Positions 20,379-32,582 are shown, counted from the first letter of the stretch. The stretch: 64,000 bases of DNA from an uncultured Nitrososphaerales archaeon (GCA_963713605.1 CAVQMO010000010.1:320001-384000), one strand, 5' to 3'. Translations and numbers: made by a program. The notes: generated by a model from the letters alone, not told the origin.

Positions 20379-23102
20379 ATGGCGGGGGTTACCGAATTTA
20401 ATTCTAAAGAAAATTTGATTTCACAGATAAGGAAACGGGATGCAAGAATAGTTTCTTTTGTTCATACGAAGATCTCCAACGCAATTTATAAGGCATTGGT
20501 AGCGACTAGGAAGCCTGATTACGAGTTAGCAGAGAATTTGGCTAACAAAGTTCTACAGAAAATGGTTGATCACGGGTATGGGGCATCGGAGAAGGAAGCA
20601 ATTCCAAGTGTGGAAGATGTGCAGGATATGGTAGAATCAATACTCATTGAAGAGGGTTTATCCGAGACAGCAAAGGCCTACATCCTATACAGACATGAGC
20701 GAAGAAAAATTAGAGATGAAAAAATGAAAATCCTGAACAAGAAAGATCTAGATGAAATCGATAAATCATTCAGTGTTAATTCACTAAGAGTCTTAACGTC
20801 TCGATATCTGTTAAGAGATAATAACAACGAGATAATCGAAGGACCACGCCAAATGTTTGAAAGGGTTGCCATACTGGCAACTCTGCCGGACCTGTTACAT
20901 GATTCGAGGATATTCGACATCGAATCTAAACATAGCAACTACACAGATGAAGCAGAGAAGTACTACGATAAAATCGAAGATTTCCATCTCAAGCTCAAGA
21001 TTGGTGATTTCTATCTCAATAAGTACCATTTTGAATCTCTTATTCGTCTTTACATAGATCTCGCTAAAGACAAACACATGAAATGTAGCTTCAAAGACTT
21101 GCTTCGGCTAATCGCTGAAGGAAAAATGTCTGCCTATGAAAGCAGAATTCGCGAATACTATAATTTGATGGTTTCAAAGGACTTTTTACCTAATACACCA
21201 ACTTTAATGAACGCGGGAGCTAGATTAGGACAACTTTCAGCCTGCTTTGTCCTCGACATGCAGGACGATATGAACAAGATCATGAAGTCGTCTACCGACG
21301 CAGCAATGATTTTCAAATCAGGAGGTGGAGTAGGCATCAACTATTCTGATTTGAGGCCAGAAGGTGATATCGTCGCATCCACATCTGGAGTAGCATCGGG
21401 ACCCTCATCTTTCATGAGAATAATTGATACAATCACGGATGTTGTAAAACAGGGAGGAAAGAGACGTGGGGCAAATATGGGCATTTTGGAAGCATGGCAC
21501 CCTGATATTGAAAAGTTCGTGACTGCAAAGACAAAACCGGGAGTATTTGAAAACTTTAATGTGAGCGTTGGTATCTCGAATGATTTCTGGAAATCTGTTA
21601 TTGACAAGCAAAACCATAAGTACGTGTTAAGAAATCCGAGAACCCAAGAACCCATTAAAAACATTGATTCGCAGCAGCTATTGGATCTGATAGCATTTAG
21701 TGCATGGAAGAGTGCAGAACCAGGTGTAATTTTCTTTGATAATATTAATAAATATAATCCATGTATGGAGGCCAAAGGTGGACCATTGCGTGCAACAAAT
21801 CCTTGTGGCGAACAGTCTCTTTATCCATATGAATCATGCAATTTAGGTTCGATAAATCTGGCAAATTTTGTCAAGAGGAAGGCTGATGGAATGTACGAAT
21901 TTGATTGGCAGCGTTATGAACAAGCAGTACGATTATCAACCAGATTGCTAGATAATGTAATTGATGCTAACAAGTATCCTGTAGATGAGATCGATAAAAA
22001 TACTAAACTTACTCGTAGAATCGGCCTCGGTATTATGGGCATAGCCGACCTACTATTCTTGTTAAGAATACCATACGTATCTAAGGAAGGATATGAGTTT
22101 ATGAACAAGTTAGCGGAAGCGATCTCATATTACAGCATGGAAGAGAGCGTTGCCCTGGCTAAAGTACGAGGGCCATTCCCACTATTTTCAAAAACTGATT
22201 ACATCAAAGGTAAGATCCCAGTAGCTGGATACTATGAAATACCGAAGGAGAATCATTCATTCGATTGGGACTCATTAATCATGAAAATTAGAAAACATGG
22301 AATTAGAAATTCATGGACAACAACGATCGCACCTACAGGAACTTTATCGATGATAGCAGATACTTCTAACGGTATCGAGCCCATTTTCGCTTTAGTTTTT
22401 GAAAAGAGAGTAACAGTCGGCAGATTTTTCTATACAAACAGGGTATTCGAAAATGTTCTAATGGCGAGCGGTCTGTATGACGACGGAATACTAACGAGAA
22501 TTGCAAATAACTACGGATCTGTACGAGATATGAATGAAATTCCTAAATGGATACAGAAAATTTTTGTAACAGCAATTGATATCCACTGGACAGATCATCT
22601 TATGGCTCAGGCGGTTTGGCAGAAATGGATTAGTAATGCTATTGCAAAGACTATCAATATGCCTGGAGATGCGACCGCCGATGATGTGAAATCTGCATAC
22701 TTGCTTGCCCACGAATTAGGACTTAAGGGTGTTACTGTTTATCGGGATGGATCGAGGCACGAGCAGGTTCTGCACATAACCGGCGATACTGGAAAGGAAA
22801 AGAGTTTTATAGTAAATCCGAGTGCCTACGTAGCAGATTTTGTTCGAGACAATATCAATGAACCATTTGTAAGGGAACAGATAGCACAAATATACCAATA
22901 TGCTCAGAATTTTGAGGAAGCCAGAACGATTCCTCATCTTGAAGAGAATCAACAAATTGCATCTGTAAAAAAAGGAAGTCTACAATCGTCAATTATAGAG
23001 AATTATGACAATATGTGTCCATCATGCAAGGCAAAGCTAATAGTTACAGAAGGATGTAATATGTGCATCGAGTGTGGGTTTAGTAGTTGTGGTTCAGGAT
23101 GA
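20379..23102 (+). CDS. nrdJ: Adenosylcobalamin-dependent (class II) ribonucleotide reductase with N-terminal ATP-cone
   Basis: IRKRDARIVSF ATP-cone; PNTPTLMNAG, QLSACFV, TNPCGEQ, CNLGSINL, IAPTGTLS; C-terminal Cys pairs; no nrdB-type small subunit nearby. Confidence 0.95.
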   Translation: MAGVTEFNSKENLISQIRKRDARIVSFVHTKISNAIYKALVATRKPDYELAENLANKVLQKMVDHGYGASEKEAIPSVEDVQDMVESILIEEGLSETAKAYILYRHERRKIRDEKMKILNKKDLDEIDKSFSVNSLRVLTSRYLLRDNNNEIIEGPRQMFERVAILATLPDLLHDSRIFDIESKHSNYTDEAEKYYDKIEDFHLKLKIGDFYLNKYHFESLIRLYIDLAKDKHMKCSFKDLLRLIAEGKMSAYESRIREYYNLMVSKDFLPNTPTLMNAGARLGQLSACFVLDMQDDMNKIMKSSTDAAMIFKSGGGVGINYSDLRPEGDIVASTSGVASGPSSFMRIIDTITDVVKQGGKRRGANMGILEAWHPDIEKFVTAKTKPGVFENFNVSVGISNDFWKSVIDKQNHKYVLRNPRTQEPIKNIDSQQLLDLIAFSAWKSAEPGVIFFDNINKYNPCMEAKGGPLRATNPCGEQSLYPYESCNLGSINLANFVKRKADGMYEFDWQRYEQAVRLSTRLLDNVIDANKYPVDEIDKNTKLTRRIGLGIMGIADLLFLLRIPYVSKEGYEFMNKLAEAISYYSMEESVALAKVRGPFPLFSKTDYIKGKIPVAGYYEIPKENHSFDWDSLIMKIRKHGIRNSWTTTIAPTGTLSMIADTSNGIEPIFALVFEKRVTVGRFFYTNRVFENVLMASGLYDDGILTRIANNYGSVRDMNEIPKWIQKIFVTAIDIHWTDHLMAQAVWQKWISNAIAKTINMPGDATADDVKSAYLLAHELGLKGVTVYRDGSRHEQVLHITGDTGKEKSFIVNPSAYVADFVRDNINEPFVREQIAQIYQYAQNFEEARTIPHLEENQQIASVKKGSLQSSIIENYDNMCPSCKAKLIVTEGCNMCIECGFSSCGSG

Positions 23103-23190
23103 TCACCCTTAAAACAGTGGTTTTTTTAAGAAGCCCCGAAATTTCGCTGTTTCGATAGTTGAAGTTCTGCTTGATCGATATTTACTGACC

Positions 23191-25369
23191 TCACCTATAG
23201 TGAGGCATAACTACCCTGTCACCGGGCTTCATTTCTCTTTGAATCTTGATCTTCTTGATAGCCTCTTCGAACTGCTTCATTGAAACCAGAGCCTCAGATG
23301 TATGTTTAGCAGACTTCCTCTGGAGTATTGTATTTTGCAAGATACTCTTGCAACACCACAGAGATTGCCGTATTGGCAACAGCAGACATGTCAGCTCCAC
23401 TAAAGCCATCAGTCAGATCGGCTATCCTGCCTAGGTCTATGTCCTTACTTACAGGTTTGCCCTTAATGTGAATCTCCAGGATTCTCTCCCTTGTATTTCT
23501 GTCAGGATTAGATACTAGCACTATTTTATCAAATCGTCCCGGTCTCAGCAATGCAGTGTCAATCATGTCTACTCTATTGGTTGCAGCAATAATCACAACT
23601 CCTTGCATTTCTTGTATGCCATCCATCTCCGTGAGTAATTGTGACATCATTCGCTCGGTACTTGCATGGACCCCCTCCATTCCTCTGATAGGTGCGATAG
23701 AGTCTATTTCGTCGAAAAACACCACACAGGGTGAAGCCTGCCTAGCCTTCCTAAATATCTCGCGTATTCCTTTTTCTGATTCTCCAACCCACTTACTAAG
23801 TAGTTCAGGACCTTTAACACTGATGAAATTCGCCTCTGATTCAGTGGCTACTGCCTTCGCCAATAGTGTTTTTCCGGTGCCTGAAGGTCCGTGTAGAAGT
23901 ATTCCTTTAGGAATATTGTGTTTGAGCTCTTTGTACAAGGCTGGATATTTTAATGGCCATTCTACAGCTTCTTGCAATTCCCTTTTGACATTGTCTAGTC
24001 CACCAATATCCTCCCATTTAACATCCGGAGGTTCTACGTAGACTTCTCTCATGGCAGACGGGGTTATCTCCCTTGTAGCATAGTCAAAATCATTCATGTT
24101 TATCACGAGCTTTTCCAGTGTTTCGGGAGCAAGTTTTTCATCCTCCATATTGAGTTCAGGTAGAAGCCTTCTCAAACACTTCATAGCAGCTTCTTTACAC
24201 AGATATTCTAGATCTGCACCTACAAATCCGTGAGTTACAGCAGCAATCTTATCTTGATCTACATCAGTTTCCAGAGGCATATTACGGGCATGAATCTGTA
24301 ATATCTCTAGTCTACCTCGTTTATCAGGAACTTTGATCTCAATTTCTCTGTCAAATCTGCCTGGTCTGCGTAATGCTGGATCTAAGGCATTTGGTCTATT
24401 GGTTGCAGCAATGACTATAACTTTTCCTCTAGCTTCTAAACCATCCATCAATGAAAGTAATTGAGATACAACTCGTCGTTCCACCTCACCAGTTACCTCT
24501 TCTCTCTTTGGTGCGATTGAATCTATCTCATCAATGAAAATTATCGAAGGTGCCTTCTCTCTTGCCTCCTTAAAGATCTCCCTTAAACGTGCTTCAGATT
24601 CTCCATAGAATTTACTCATTATTTCAGGTCCTGATATACTGATAAAATGTGAGTTACTTTCATTCGCGACAGCTTTTGCCAATAATGTCTTACCAGTTCC
24701 AGGAGGTCCAAATAGAAGCACACCTTTAGGAGCTTCAATTCCCAATTTCTCGAATATCTCTGGATGTCTTAAAGGAAGCTCAATCATCTCACGTACTTTT
24801 TGAATCTCGTCCCTCAAGCCACCTATATCCTCGTAGGCAACGATGTGCATACCTCTGTCCGCTGATGTTTGGCCAGCTGTCGATATGTTAAATGCCGTCT
24901 TTTGAGTGACCAACACTGCATCACTACCGGCTGGTGTTACCCCGATAACTTGGAAAGTAAGTCTTCCACCAAAATATGGAACCATGACATTATCACCTTT
25001 GATCAGAGGTACACTTTCAAGTGCATCTGCAAGATACCTTTCATCAATAGGTGGAATTGCTTCAAGCGGTGCTACAATTACCTTTTCAGCTGGAATTGCT
25101 TTTATCTTTCTTACAATTACTGTATCGCTTATAGCAACACCAGCATTATTCCGTACAAGACCATCAACACGAATTATTCCCTTACCTTCATCAGAAGGGT
25201 ATAGCGGCAAACACTTCGCCACCGTTCGACGTTTGCCTCTAATTTCAATTACATCCCCCGTAGAAGCGGTGAGAGAATCCATTGAATCATAATCAATACG
25301 AGCTACTCCTCTGCCAACGTCTCTAGTATAAGCTTCAAGTACTTTAAGACTCGAATTAGTGTCTCCCAT
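23191..25369 (-). CDS. cdc48: Cdc48/VAT AAA+ ATPase, frameshift near 23310
   Basis: N domain [11 protein letters not shown]; two AAA modules GPPGTGKT and [22 protein letters not shown]; tail continues in 23191..23409. Confidence 0.95.
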
Positions 25370-25567
25370 TGTACTAATAGATAATCATTAACTCCTTATA
25401 CATTTTATTAATTTTATTGGACTCGCTATCGAGTGGTATGGCAGCGAAGCTGTACCAATTCAGAGCAATTCCTTACTAATAACTGTTGTAAACGCTTTGT
25501 TATGGAAATGAAATCTCAGAATCTACAATTGGATGGAATATATTAGATCTCATGAAGCAAGGTACAG

Positions 25568-25735
25568 ATGCAGGACAGATTGTACCAACAAAAAAAAGCA
25601 TCGGTAAGGAGGTTCATTAGGAAGAAGAAAACGACTGATACCTCACGTATTCTGAATGAAGTTGATATTGACTACGATACATTGATGTTGGTTCTTGCTG
25701 ATCTGCAGAACGAAGGGGGTTTCAGAAATATATGA
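25568..25735 (+). CDS. 55-aa small wHTH-like protein (not in ORF track)
   Basis: MQDRLYQQKKASVRRFIRKKKTTDTSRILNEVDIDYDTLMLVLADLQNEGGFRNI; TATATT about 28 nt upstream. Confidence 0.6.
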   Translation: MQDRLYQQKKASVRRFIRKKKTTDTSRILNEVDIDYDTLMLVLADLQNEGGFRNI

Positions 25736-25845
25736 TTTGCATCTCAAAGGGTGTCGTAAGGCAAGACAGACTAAGTAGTAGTGAATAAATTCTTGTTGTT
25801 AAAAGGCAGAATGCGGTAAAACATAATACCCATATAATAATAGAG

Positions 25846-25992
25846 ATGACTGTGATCATCAATACATATAGGTCATGCCTGTTTTGTGAAAAGAAAATAT
25901 CTGCGAGTGAAAGCTTGTGCGAAGAATGCATGAGTAAATATAAGATTAAAAAACATAATTATAATAATGACGGGTGTGGTTGCGATCGATAG
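25846..25992 (+). CDS. 48-aa Cys-rich micro-protein (not in ORF track)
   Basis: MTVIINTYRSCLFCEKKISASESLCEECMSKYKIKKHNYNNDGCGCDR; CxxC-x10-CxxC plus CGC. Confidence 0.65.
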   Translation: MTVIINTYRSCLFCEKKISASESLCEECMSKYKIKKHNYNNDGCGCDR

Positions 25993-26030
25993 CTGCCTAG
26001 TTAGTTCATTTTCTTACTAGTTTAGCCACA

Positions 26031-26339
26031 TTAGGGTGGCTCAGCGGCTACCGTGAATTGAAGATTTGTTACATTGCCATTAATGTTTGACAAGTCATAC
26101 TGCAATTCCTCCAAAGACCTCATAGCTTCAGCCGAGTCATTTTGTTGTAATGCTTGCATTGCATCATTTACATGCATATTAGCACTTTCAATTGAACTCA
26201 AGATCATATCACTTTCTTGGGACTCCTCAAATGGTGGCTGAGGACTGGTTGAATATACATACATAGGTATAAACAGCACCACAACAATAGCAACAGAACA
26301 ACTAACAACAGCAGCGAACAATCCTTTAGCCCAATTCAT
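26031..26339 (-). CDS. Membrane-anchored helical hypothetical protein
   Basis: Likely start MNWAKGLF; one TM segment then a helical Q/N-rich domain. Confidence 0.5.
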   Translation of the reverse strand: MNWAKGLFAAVVSCSVAIVVVLFIPMYVYSTSPQPPFEESQESDMILSSIESANMHVNDAMQALQQNDSAEAMRSLEELQYDLSNINGNVTNLQFTVAAEPP

Positions 26340-26469
26340 TAAAATAAGGAATAATTGAAGTAAATATATAAACCTATTTTCATTTTGAATCGATTGCTTA
26401 TGTATTGCCAAGTATGCGGGATAGACTTCCAAGAAGTCTGTCGCGGGGATCTTTTTTCTTTTTCAATTC

Positions 26470-26940
26470 ATGAAAAATCCTATATTGTACCAAGTGGTAT
26501 TAGCAAATATGTTAGCTACAACGCTCAGCCTACCTACTCTCCAAGATTTACGTATGCTTACTACATCTGATTTAGCGATAATGAGTGCACTGTCAGTTGC
26601 ATTCCGACATAGCCTTGAACTATATGTCAAAATTGATCCCTTTACTACAAAGGATCCATTTGAAGATCAAGATGATTTCAATTATTACATTATAGTCGAT
26701 AGAACTGAACCTAGGAGAATAGTGTCGTTATTTGCAATAAAAAATGACCCTCTTCTCCAACTTTCATGGGGCAATATTTTAGGGGATCGTCTTGCCAAAC
26801 TCACGATCCCAAAATCTAATGCATACATCTTGAAATCTGAAATCATGCCAAAAGACACTAATAATTTTTATACGTACAGACGTTCAGGCGTAGTATCTGG
26901 ACTTGTGATGTTCGCATTTCAGATGTGCGGACGTAAGTAA
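26470..26940 (+). CDS. Hypothetical protein
   Basis: 156-aa ORF with protein-like composition; no motif recognised. Confidence 0.6.
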   Translation: MKNPILYQVVLANMLATTLSLPTLQDLRMLTTSDLAIMSALSVAFRHSLELYVKIDPFTTKDPFEDQDDFNYYIIVDRTEPRRIVSLFAIKNDPLLQLSWGNILGDRLAKLTIPKSNAYILKSEIMPKDTNNFYTYRRSGVVSGLVMFAFQMCGRK

Positions 26941-26990
26941 CTAAGAGTAATATCCGATTTCCCTAAGGGACGCTAGCCAAAGTAATTAAT

Positions 26991-27677
26991 CTACATGACC
27001 GGTTCTTTCTTTACATACAGTTTTCCTGCGCGATCCTCCTCTAATCCCATTATGTTAAGAATTTGCCTGGAGTTAGTGATGCCTTCGCGTCTTATAATTT
27101 TCTCTGCCATCTTTAGCCTATAATTAGGCGTCCAGTGCTGACCGATCTTATATTTTCCTCGGATATCCTTGGGGACAACTTTAATCACACTGACTGCAAG
27201 TACTGATCTCATGGACTGGTTTAGTGATTCATAAAACCCTTCAGTTTGGTATTTCTTCATCAACATGTTTAATGCAAAAGCCTTTTCGATGGTGTCATCA
27301 ATGATTAACGCGTTACCTTTTATTACCACACTAATATAGAGAGTATCTGCTTGTGATGCATCTGTTGGATGAAAATAATACGATGGCAGAAAGCAGACAT
27401 GCTGATCCACTTCAAATCCAACTTTTGAATTTCTTTTAATATTTTCAATTTTCTCTCCAAATGGATGCGAATGCATATAAATCGCATCCGAATTGATCGG
27501 AGCAGACGGTTTATTCATTTTTCTCTCGTCCTGTGTTTTTACGAAAACGAAATTCATAGGTATAACTTGAGGAAATCCATCAATATCAATAGAGCATATC
27601 CTTCCAACTAGTTGACTATTCAAGAAATCAATTATTCGATGCTCGGATTTTATCTGAAATCTATTTGTCAGTTGCAT
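26991..27677 (-). CDS. Pyridoxamine 5'-phosphate oxidase-like flavin-binding protein (NimA-like)
   Basis: VGRICSID..GFPQVIPMNF, IYMHS..GEKIENIKRNSKVGFEVD, YISVVIKG. Confidence 0.85.
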   Translation of the reverse strand: MQLTNRFQIKSEHRIIDFLNSQLVGRICSIDIDGFPQVIPMNFVFVKTQDERKMNKPSAPINSDAIYMHSHPFGEKIENIKRNSKVGFEVDQHVCFLPSYYFHPTDASQADTLYISVVIKGNALIIDDTIEKAFALNMLMKKYQTEGFYESLNQSMRSVLAVSVIKVVPKDIRGKYKIGQHWTPNYRLKMAEKIIRREGITNSRQILNIMGLEEDRAGKLYVKKEPVM

Positions 27678-28331
27678 CTCATGTTACTTCCTGTTTACTA
27701 TTCCCTTTCTAATAAACTCGTTTCCAGACAGTTATCCATGTTGACCTTATAGCACTGTCTATTTATGAGAAATTCATGCATTCGGGCAATCTATGTAATA
27801 GTCCAAACTATCACATTTTGTGCTTCATTTGACCCATTCTTTATGTCGACAAGTTTGGGTCTCAACCTAAGAGTTTTGGTCCTGTGAATGCTACAACATT
27901 AAAAAACTTCTGAAGTTTCCCTGTTTATGATATCACTGGATGAGGTAATTCAACATCCTTGCCATGATATAGTAGAAGTTGTGGCGCAATAGAAAAGGTT
28001 CTGTAAGAAATATTCCCATGTGAGAAAATTCAAAGTGCAAGAACAGATCCTTAAGGATAATTTTCTTGATAAATTTCTCTTTTACATGAAACTAATCACC
28101 AATACGGTAAAGGATCCATATATCACAGGCAAAACCTTATGTGTAAAACAATCCTGATTGTATTTAGTTGAATATACATTAAATAATGATAGTAATCATG
28201 AGTTTGTTATGTTTAATGTTGAACTATCGATTTGTGTCGATCTTCTTTTCCAATCTTTGAATCTAGTTCAGAGTTATTCTCTTTCTTTCCCTTCATCGAT
28301 TTCTTTGGGTATATCAGGATCTCTTAATTTT

Positions 28332-29015
28332 ATGAATAGCATAAATATACAAGACCTTCTTACGTCCACCATCGCCTTATTTGTAGTAATGGATCCTATC
28401 GGCGTAATACCCTTATATGTTTCACTCACGAGAAACATGTCAATCCATGAGCGCAAAATAGTTTCCTCTAACGCAGTAGTAACCACAGGTATATTGTTGC
28501 TGGTATTCGCAATTGCTGGGACTACGATCCTGAGTATATTTGGAGTAACTATTTCCAGCTTCATGATAGCTGGCGGTATCCTTTTGTTTATAGTTGCAAT
28601 TGAATTACTGACGCGGGGAGAATGGACCTTTGGCAATCCTAGGACTATTACAAATATTGGAACGAAATCTCCGAATAAGGCAAATAATTTGACCCCTGAT
28701 ACTGAGAGCGCGTTTGGAGGCGAATCAGGGGTAGTTCCTCTCGCATTTCCATTACTTGCAGGGCCAGGAGCTATTACCTCCGTAATGATCTCTTATCAAT
28801 CTAACAGTCTGTTGATTTCGATATTGTCAATTGCAATTGTCATTGGTCTTACCTTCTTAATCCTTAGAATCGCTGACTCGATAAACAGATTGCTTGGGCA
28901 GCGTGGATCTATGATTGTTACTAGAGTTTTTGCAGTGATTGTTGCAGCTATAGCAGTTCAATACATCATACAAGGAACAGGACAAACCATTGTTGATTTG
29001 CGACTTAATTTGTAA
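28332..29015 (+). CDS. marC: MarC family membrane protein
   Basis: LFVVMDPIG, SFMIAGGILLF, VVPLAFPLLAGPGAITSV; start placed at MNSINIQ. Confidence 0.9.
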   Translation: MNSINIQDLLTSTIALFVVMDPIGVIPLYVSLTRNMSIHERKIVSSNAVVTTGILLLVFAIAGTTILSIFGVTISSFMIAGGILLFIVAIELLTRGEWTFGNPRTITNIGTKSPNKANNLTPDTESAFGGESGVVPLAFPLLAGPGAITSVMISYQSNSLLISILSIAIVIGLTFLILRIADSINRLLGQRGSMIVTRVFAVIVAAIAVQYIIQGTGQTIVDLRLNL

Positions 29016-29852
29016 GTTAAAACAAATCTCCATAGCTCTTCTGCGGATTGCTCCCAACGCTAGAAGTTTATCACTTTATCCCGGGGAGTAACAGTTTGTC
29101 TGAACTATTTAGTCATATTTAGTTAATATCTATCATTCATTAATTGCTATACATCGATAGTATGCAAACCGACTGCATCAACGAAGCCTGTTAGGGGAAT
29201 CTAGAGTGTCACTAACTCGTTTTTACACAGAATACGTAAGGACGAATTTGAATGAGCGGCCTATTCTTGAATCATTGTGAGAATACGACCACTGATTCTT
29301 CAGTCTTGGACTCAAGAATTCTTGGTACAAACTAATAGAACTCGTATTGCAATACCGTCATCCTTGAAATCTTGAACCTGGGAATTAGAATTTTGGGCGA
29401 CGATAAGTAAGCCTAGAAAAATTGAAGATCTTCCACTAAATTGAGATGCATGGATTATATTTTATGATGATTATTCTCAAGTCTTTGATATTGCAGGGAT
29501 CACATTGTTCCAGTAATAGTTGCAATTGCCGCTTTAAGATACTATAAGGGAAGACAGAAATAACATGCGTACTTCCTTAGGATAATAGCTAAACATAAAG
29601 CTACTATCTATTAGTATCATTTGGTGATTCAATTTACATTAGGTTTTGTTCTTAACAATTGCGACTCTTACTAATGTTGTATTCGAATTGGAGACTTTTC
29701 GCGTACAATTGGCTTCATTGTAGAATTTGGCATGAGATTAGATTAAGAGCCGACACAAAGGTCGAATACATGTTTTAATTCCCACTTTCAGGCAAAGTAT
29801 TGCAATGTATTCAATATTTATAATAATGGCTTTAGTCTAACATAATTGGATA

Positions 29853-30137
29853 ATGTTCGGAAATATCTTTAGGAGATGGAAGCCCAAAGGAAGCATGTAC
29901 AGTCTAAAATGTGCGCAATGTGGCAAGGGTTTTCTTTCGAGTTTGAAACTCGAAGCTCCAATATGCGGGAAGTGCCTTCAAAAAGTGAAATCACTCGATT
30001 CAACAGTAGATCAGGATAAAAAATGTAGCAATTGTGGTAAGAATGGAGTTCTCTATGGAAAAAGCATGTGCTCTCAATGCTATTTTGGTTTTTCAAATCC
30101 TACTGAAGGTAAGGAACAAGGAACAAGACTACAATAG
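29853..30137 (+). CDS. Small double Zn-finger protein
   Basis: Four CxxC pairs: CAQC, CGKC, CSNC, CSQC. Confidence 0.7.
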   Translation: MFGNIFRRWKPKGSMYSLKCAQCGKGFLSSLKLEAPICGKCLQKVKSLDSTVDQDKKCSNCGKNGVLYGKSMCSQCYFGFSNPTEGKEQGTRLQ

Positions 30138-30440
30138 ATGCTATGCATTCGAGGTTTGGAGCGCTACATTTAAAGACGGGGAAATTGTGGCGTGATACAG
30201 ATCAATATTCGCGAACGGGGGTTAATTAAGAATCGTCCTAATACAAAGTATGTCTAGTTGGAGAGTTATATTAGTTTCATATTCCTTGTGTTGATTCTAC
30301 TTCCATTTGCAAAGAATATTGCGAATGTCCTTGGCATCTAAATTTTCATGATGGGTTCTGCTCGATAATTCTGAACGGCTGGATGGCCCCTTGCAGAATA
30401 AATTGGTAACTTCTGGGGCCAGAATTAGAACTTTACAATT

Positions 30441-31418
30441 CTAAGAGGGGGCAAACACTTGGACACGGCTATTTCCAGCATCAACCACATAAACGTTCCC
30501 TGACGTGTCTAGAGCGATACCAAGAGGATCAATAAATTGTCCTTCACCGCTGCCTCTAGATCCCCACTTTGTTATAAAATTACCTTCACTGTCAAACTTC
30601 TGCACCCGGTTATTACCCTGATCAGTAACGTATGTATTCCCTTCTGAATCAACTGCAATATCACCTGGTCTAGTAAACTGTCCATCCCCAGAACCAGGTG
30701 TTCCCCACTTTGTTACAAAATTACCTTCACTGTCAAACTTCTGCACCCGGTCATTACCTCCGTCAACCACATAGATATTATTTGAGGAATCATCTGCTAA
30801 GCCAGCAGGATTGATAAACTGTCCATCTCCAGTGCCTGGCGTTCCCCATTTTGTTAGGAGGTTGCCCTCGCTATCAAACTTTTGAATTCTGTTGTTTTCA
30901 CCAAAGTCACCTACGTATACGTTGTCCGAACTATCCACAGTCAAACCTCCTGGGTTAATGAACTGACCGTCGCCTAAGCCAAATGAACCCCACATTCTTA
31001 GAAAAGTGCCCTCGTTCGTGAACTCTTGTACTGCAGTATCCGGACTACCAAAGTCAGCGACATAGACATTTCCAGAAGAACTAACACCTATACCACTTGG
31101 ACTGGTGAAGAGCGCAGGACCAAAACCCAGTGTTCCCCAAGAGGTGAGAAAGGTGCCATTGTTAGTAAACTTCTGTACCTTGTTAGACACACTAGTAAAA
31201 TCGGTAACATATACATTATCATCCTGATCTACAGCAATCTCGAGGGGTTGTTTGAAAGTACCAAAGCCAGTACCAGTAGAACCCCATTGTGTAACAAATG
31301 AATATTGTTCCTGTCCTAGAACTGTCATCGTAGCAAACAAAGTGGTTCCTAGTATCAGAGTCAATGTCATACCCATAAATGTCGCCAATGCCACTCTAAT
31401 GGTGACTAAGTTATTCAT
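30441..31418 (-). CDS. Secreted NHL-repeat six-bladed beta-propeller
   Basis: Signal peptide then six repeats WG..G.GDGQF..P.GIAVDS.GNVYV.D.GNNRVQKF. Confidence 0.92.
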   Translation of the reverse strand: MNNLVTIRVALATFMGMTLTLILGTTLFATMTVLGQEQYSFVTQWGSTGTGFGTFKQPLEIAVDQDDNVYVTDFTSVSNKVQKFTNNGTFLTSWGTLGFGPALFTSPSGIGVSSSGNVYVADFGSPDTAVQEFTNEGTFLRMWGSFGLGDGQFINPGGLTVDSSDNVYVGDFGENNRIQKFDSEGNLLTKWGTPGTGDGQFINPAGLADDSSNNIYVVDGGNDRVQKFDSEGNFVTKWGTPGSGDGQFTRPGDIAVDSEGNTYVTDQGNNRVQKFDSEGNFITKWGSRGSGEGQFIDPLGIALDTSGNVYVVDAGNSRVQVFAPS

Positions 31419-31578
31419 ACTAAATCAAGTTATGATTGTTTTATATAAATGAATACTGTCGCGAAGGAGTACAAGTACCCTTTTAGATCGTCGCCAGCCC
31501 AACTGAAAAAGTTTGGAAATAGAAAATAAATAGTAGTTATGAATTGCTGAGGCGCTGCTTCATCGGATTCCTATTTTC

Positions 31579-32184
31579 CTATCTGCCTACTTGTGTATTA
31601 TTCGATTTCAACATAGGTTGCTTATCTTCATTATCATCCATGACCAAGCCATAGATAGGAGTATTCCCGTAATGATTGCTTACCTTTGAAGGGTCAAGCC
31701 AAATGCTTATCACTTTATCTCCAGTGATCGTTATGCTCGAAGGAATGTCTGTAACTGGCCCTTCTCTCATACTAGCAGTTGTGGTACCGTTAAACATCAC
31801 TGTTGAATTGTTTACCTGGGAAGAATTTGAAGCAACAAAATTAGTTATAGTGTGGGTATGACCCGCGCTTCCATTAAGCATTACCATCTCAAATTGCGTA
31901 TCAAAAGATTCTCCTACTAAAGATTCATTTCCTTGACCTTCAATTAATGACTGGTTGTTCGCCAATTTGCCTTTCCAATGCCCGGAAAGAACCCATGCCG
32001 GATCCCCATTTTTATCATTCTGTACGCTGGAGATTGTTCCGAAATTATACTCTCCCGTATCATTGCCATATGGATAAGCTCTAGCATGATTAATCGGGTA
32101 GGTAGCTATCAAGACTGCTGATACAACCACAAAAGAAGCGAATATAGCAGAGCCTATCACTCTTATTCCATTTCTTCTCGCCAT
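31579..32184 (-). CDS. Secreted hypothetical protein
   Basis: Signal peptide; WVLSGHW, GHTHTITNF, HYGNTPIYG; many N-x-S/T sites. Confidence 0.7.
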   Translation of the reverse strand: MARRNGIRVIGSAIFASFVVVSAVLIATYPINHARAYPYGNDTGEYNFGTISSVQNDKNGDPAWVLSGHWKGKLANNQSLIEGQGNESLVGESFDTQFEMVMLNGSAGHTHTITNFVASNSSQVNNSTVMFNGTTTASMREGPVTDIPSSITITGDKVISIWLDPSKVSNHYGNTPIYGLVMDDNEDKQPMLKSNNTQVGR

Positions 32185-32582
32185 AATATAGTAATGGTCA
32201 ATACCATTATTTGTACCTTCGTTCTAGTTTTACAAGAGGATCTGATCTTTTTCCACGTTCGCACGAATGTCATTTAGTTACGAGTAAGCTGTACGTCCAC
32301 GAAATCTCTCATCTTGGAAGAACGCTGAAAGGAATTTAAGAAAATCCAAAATGTGATCCAGATTGATTAGATTATGATCGGACTCATTCAGATGATAATG
32401 CATTTAGTTTCTGAGTCTTTCCTTACCGTAGATATTGTGAAAAAAGAAAAAGATAAACAAAATTCGGAGATTAGTTATAGTGTAATTAGAACGAATTTCA
32501 GCCACAAACCAACAGATAAACTGCTAGATTGAAATAGAATTTATTTATTCGATACAAAACACAATTAGACCTCCCTTAATAT

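Noticed and set aside
20379..23102. Intein in NrdJ
   Set aside because: Catalytic motifs are contiguous, with no intein splice-junction or homing-endonuclease pattern
29220..29460. Possible degraded secreted-protein gene on the minus strand
   Set aside because: Short broken frames with no recognisable motif; cannot be supported
30540..30900. Long DNA repeats
   Set aside because: They are the coding NHL repeats of the beta-propeller gene
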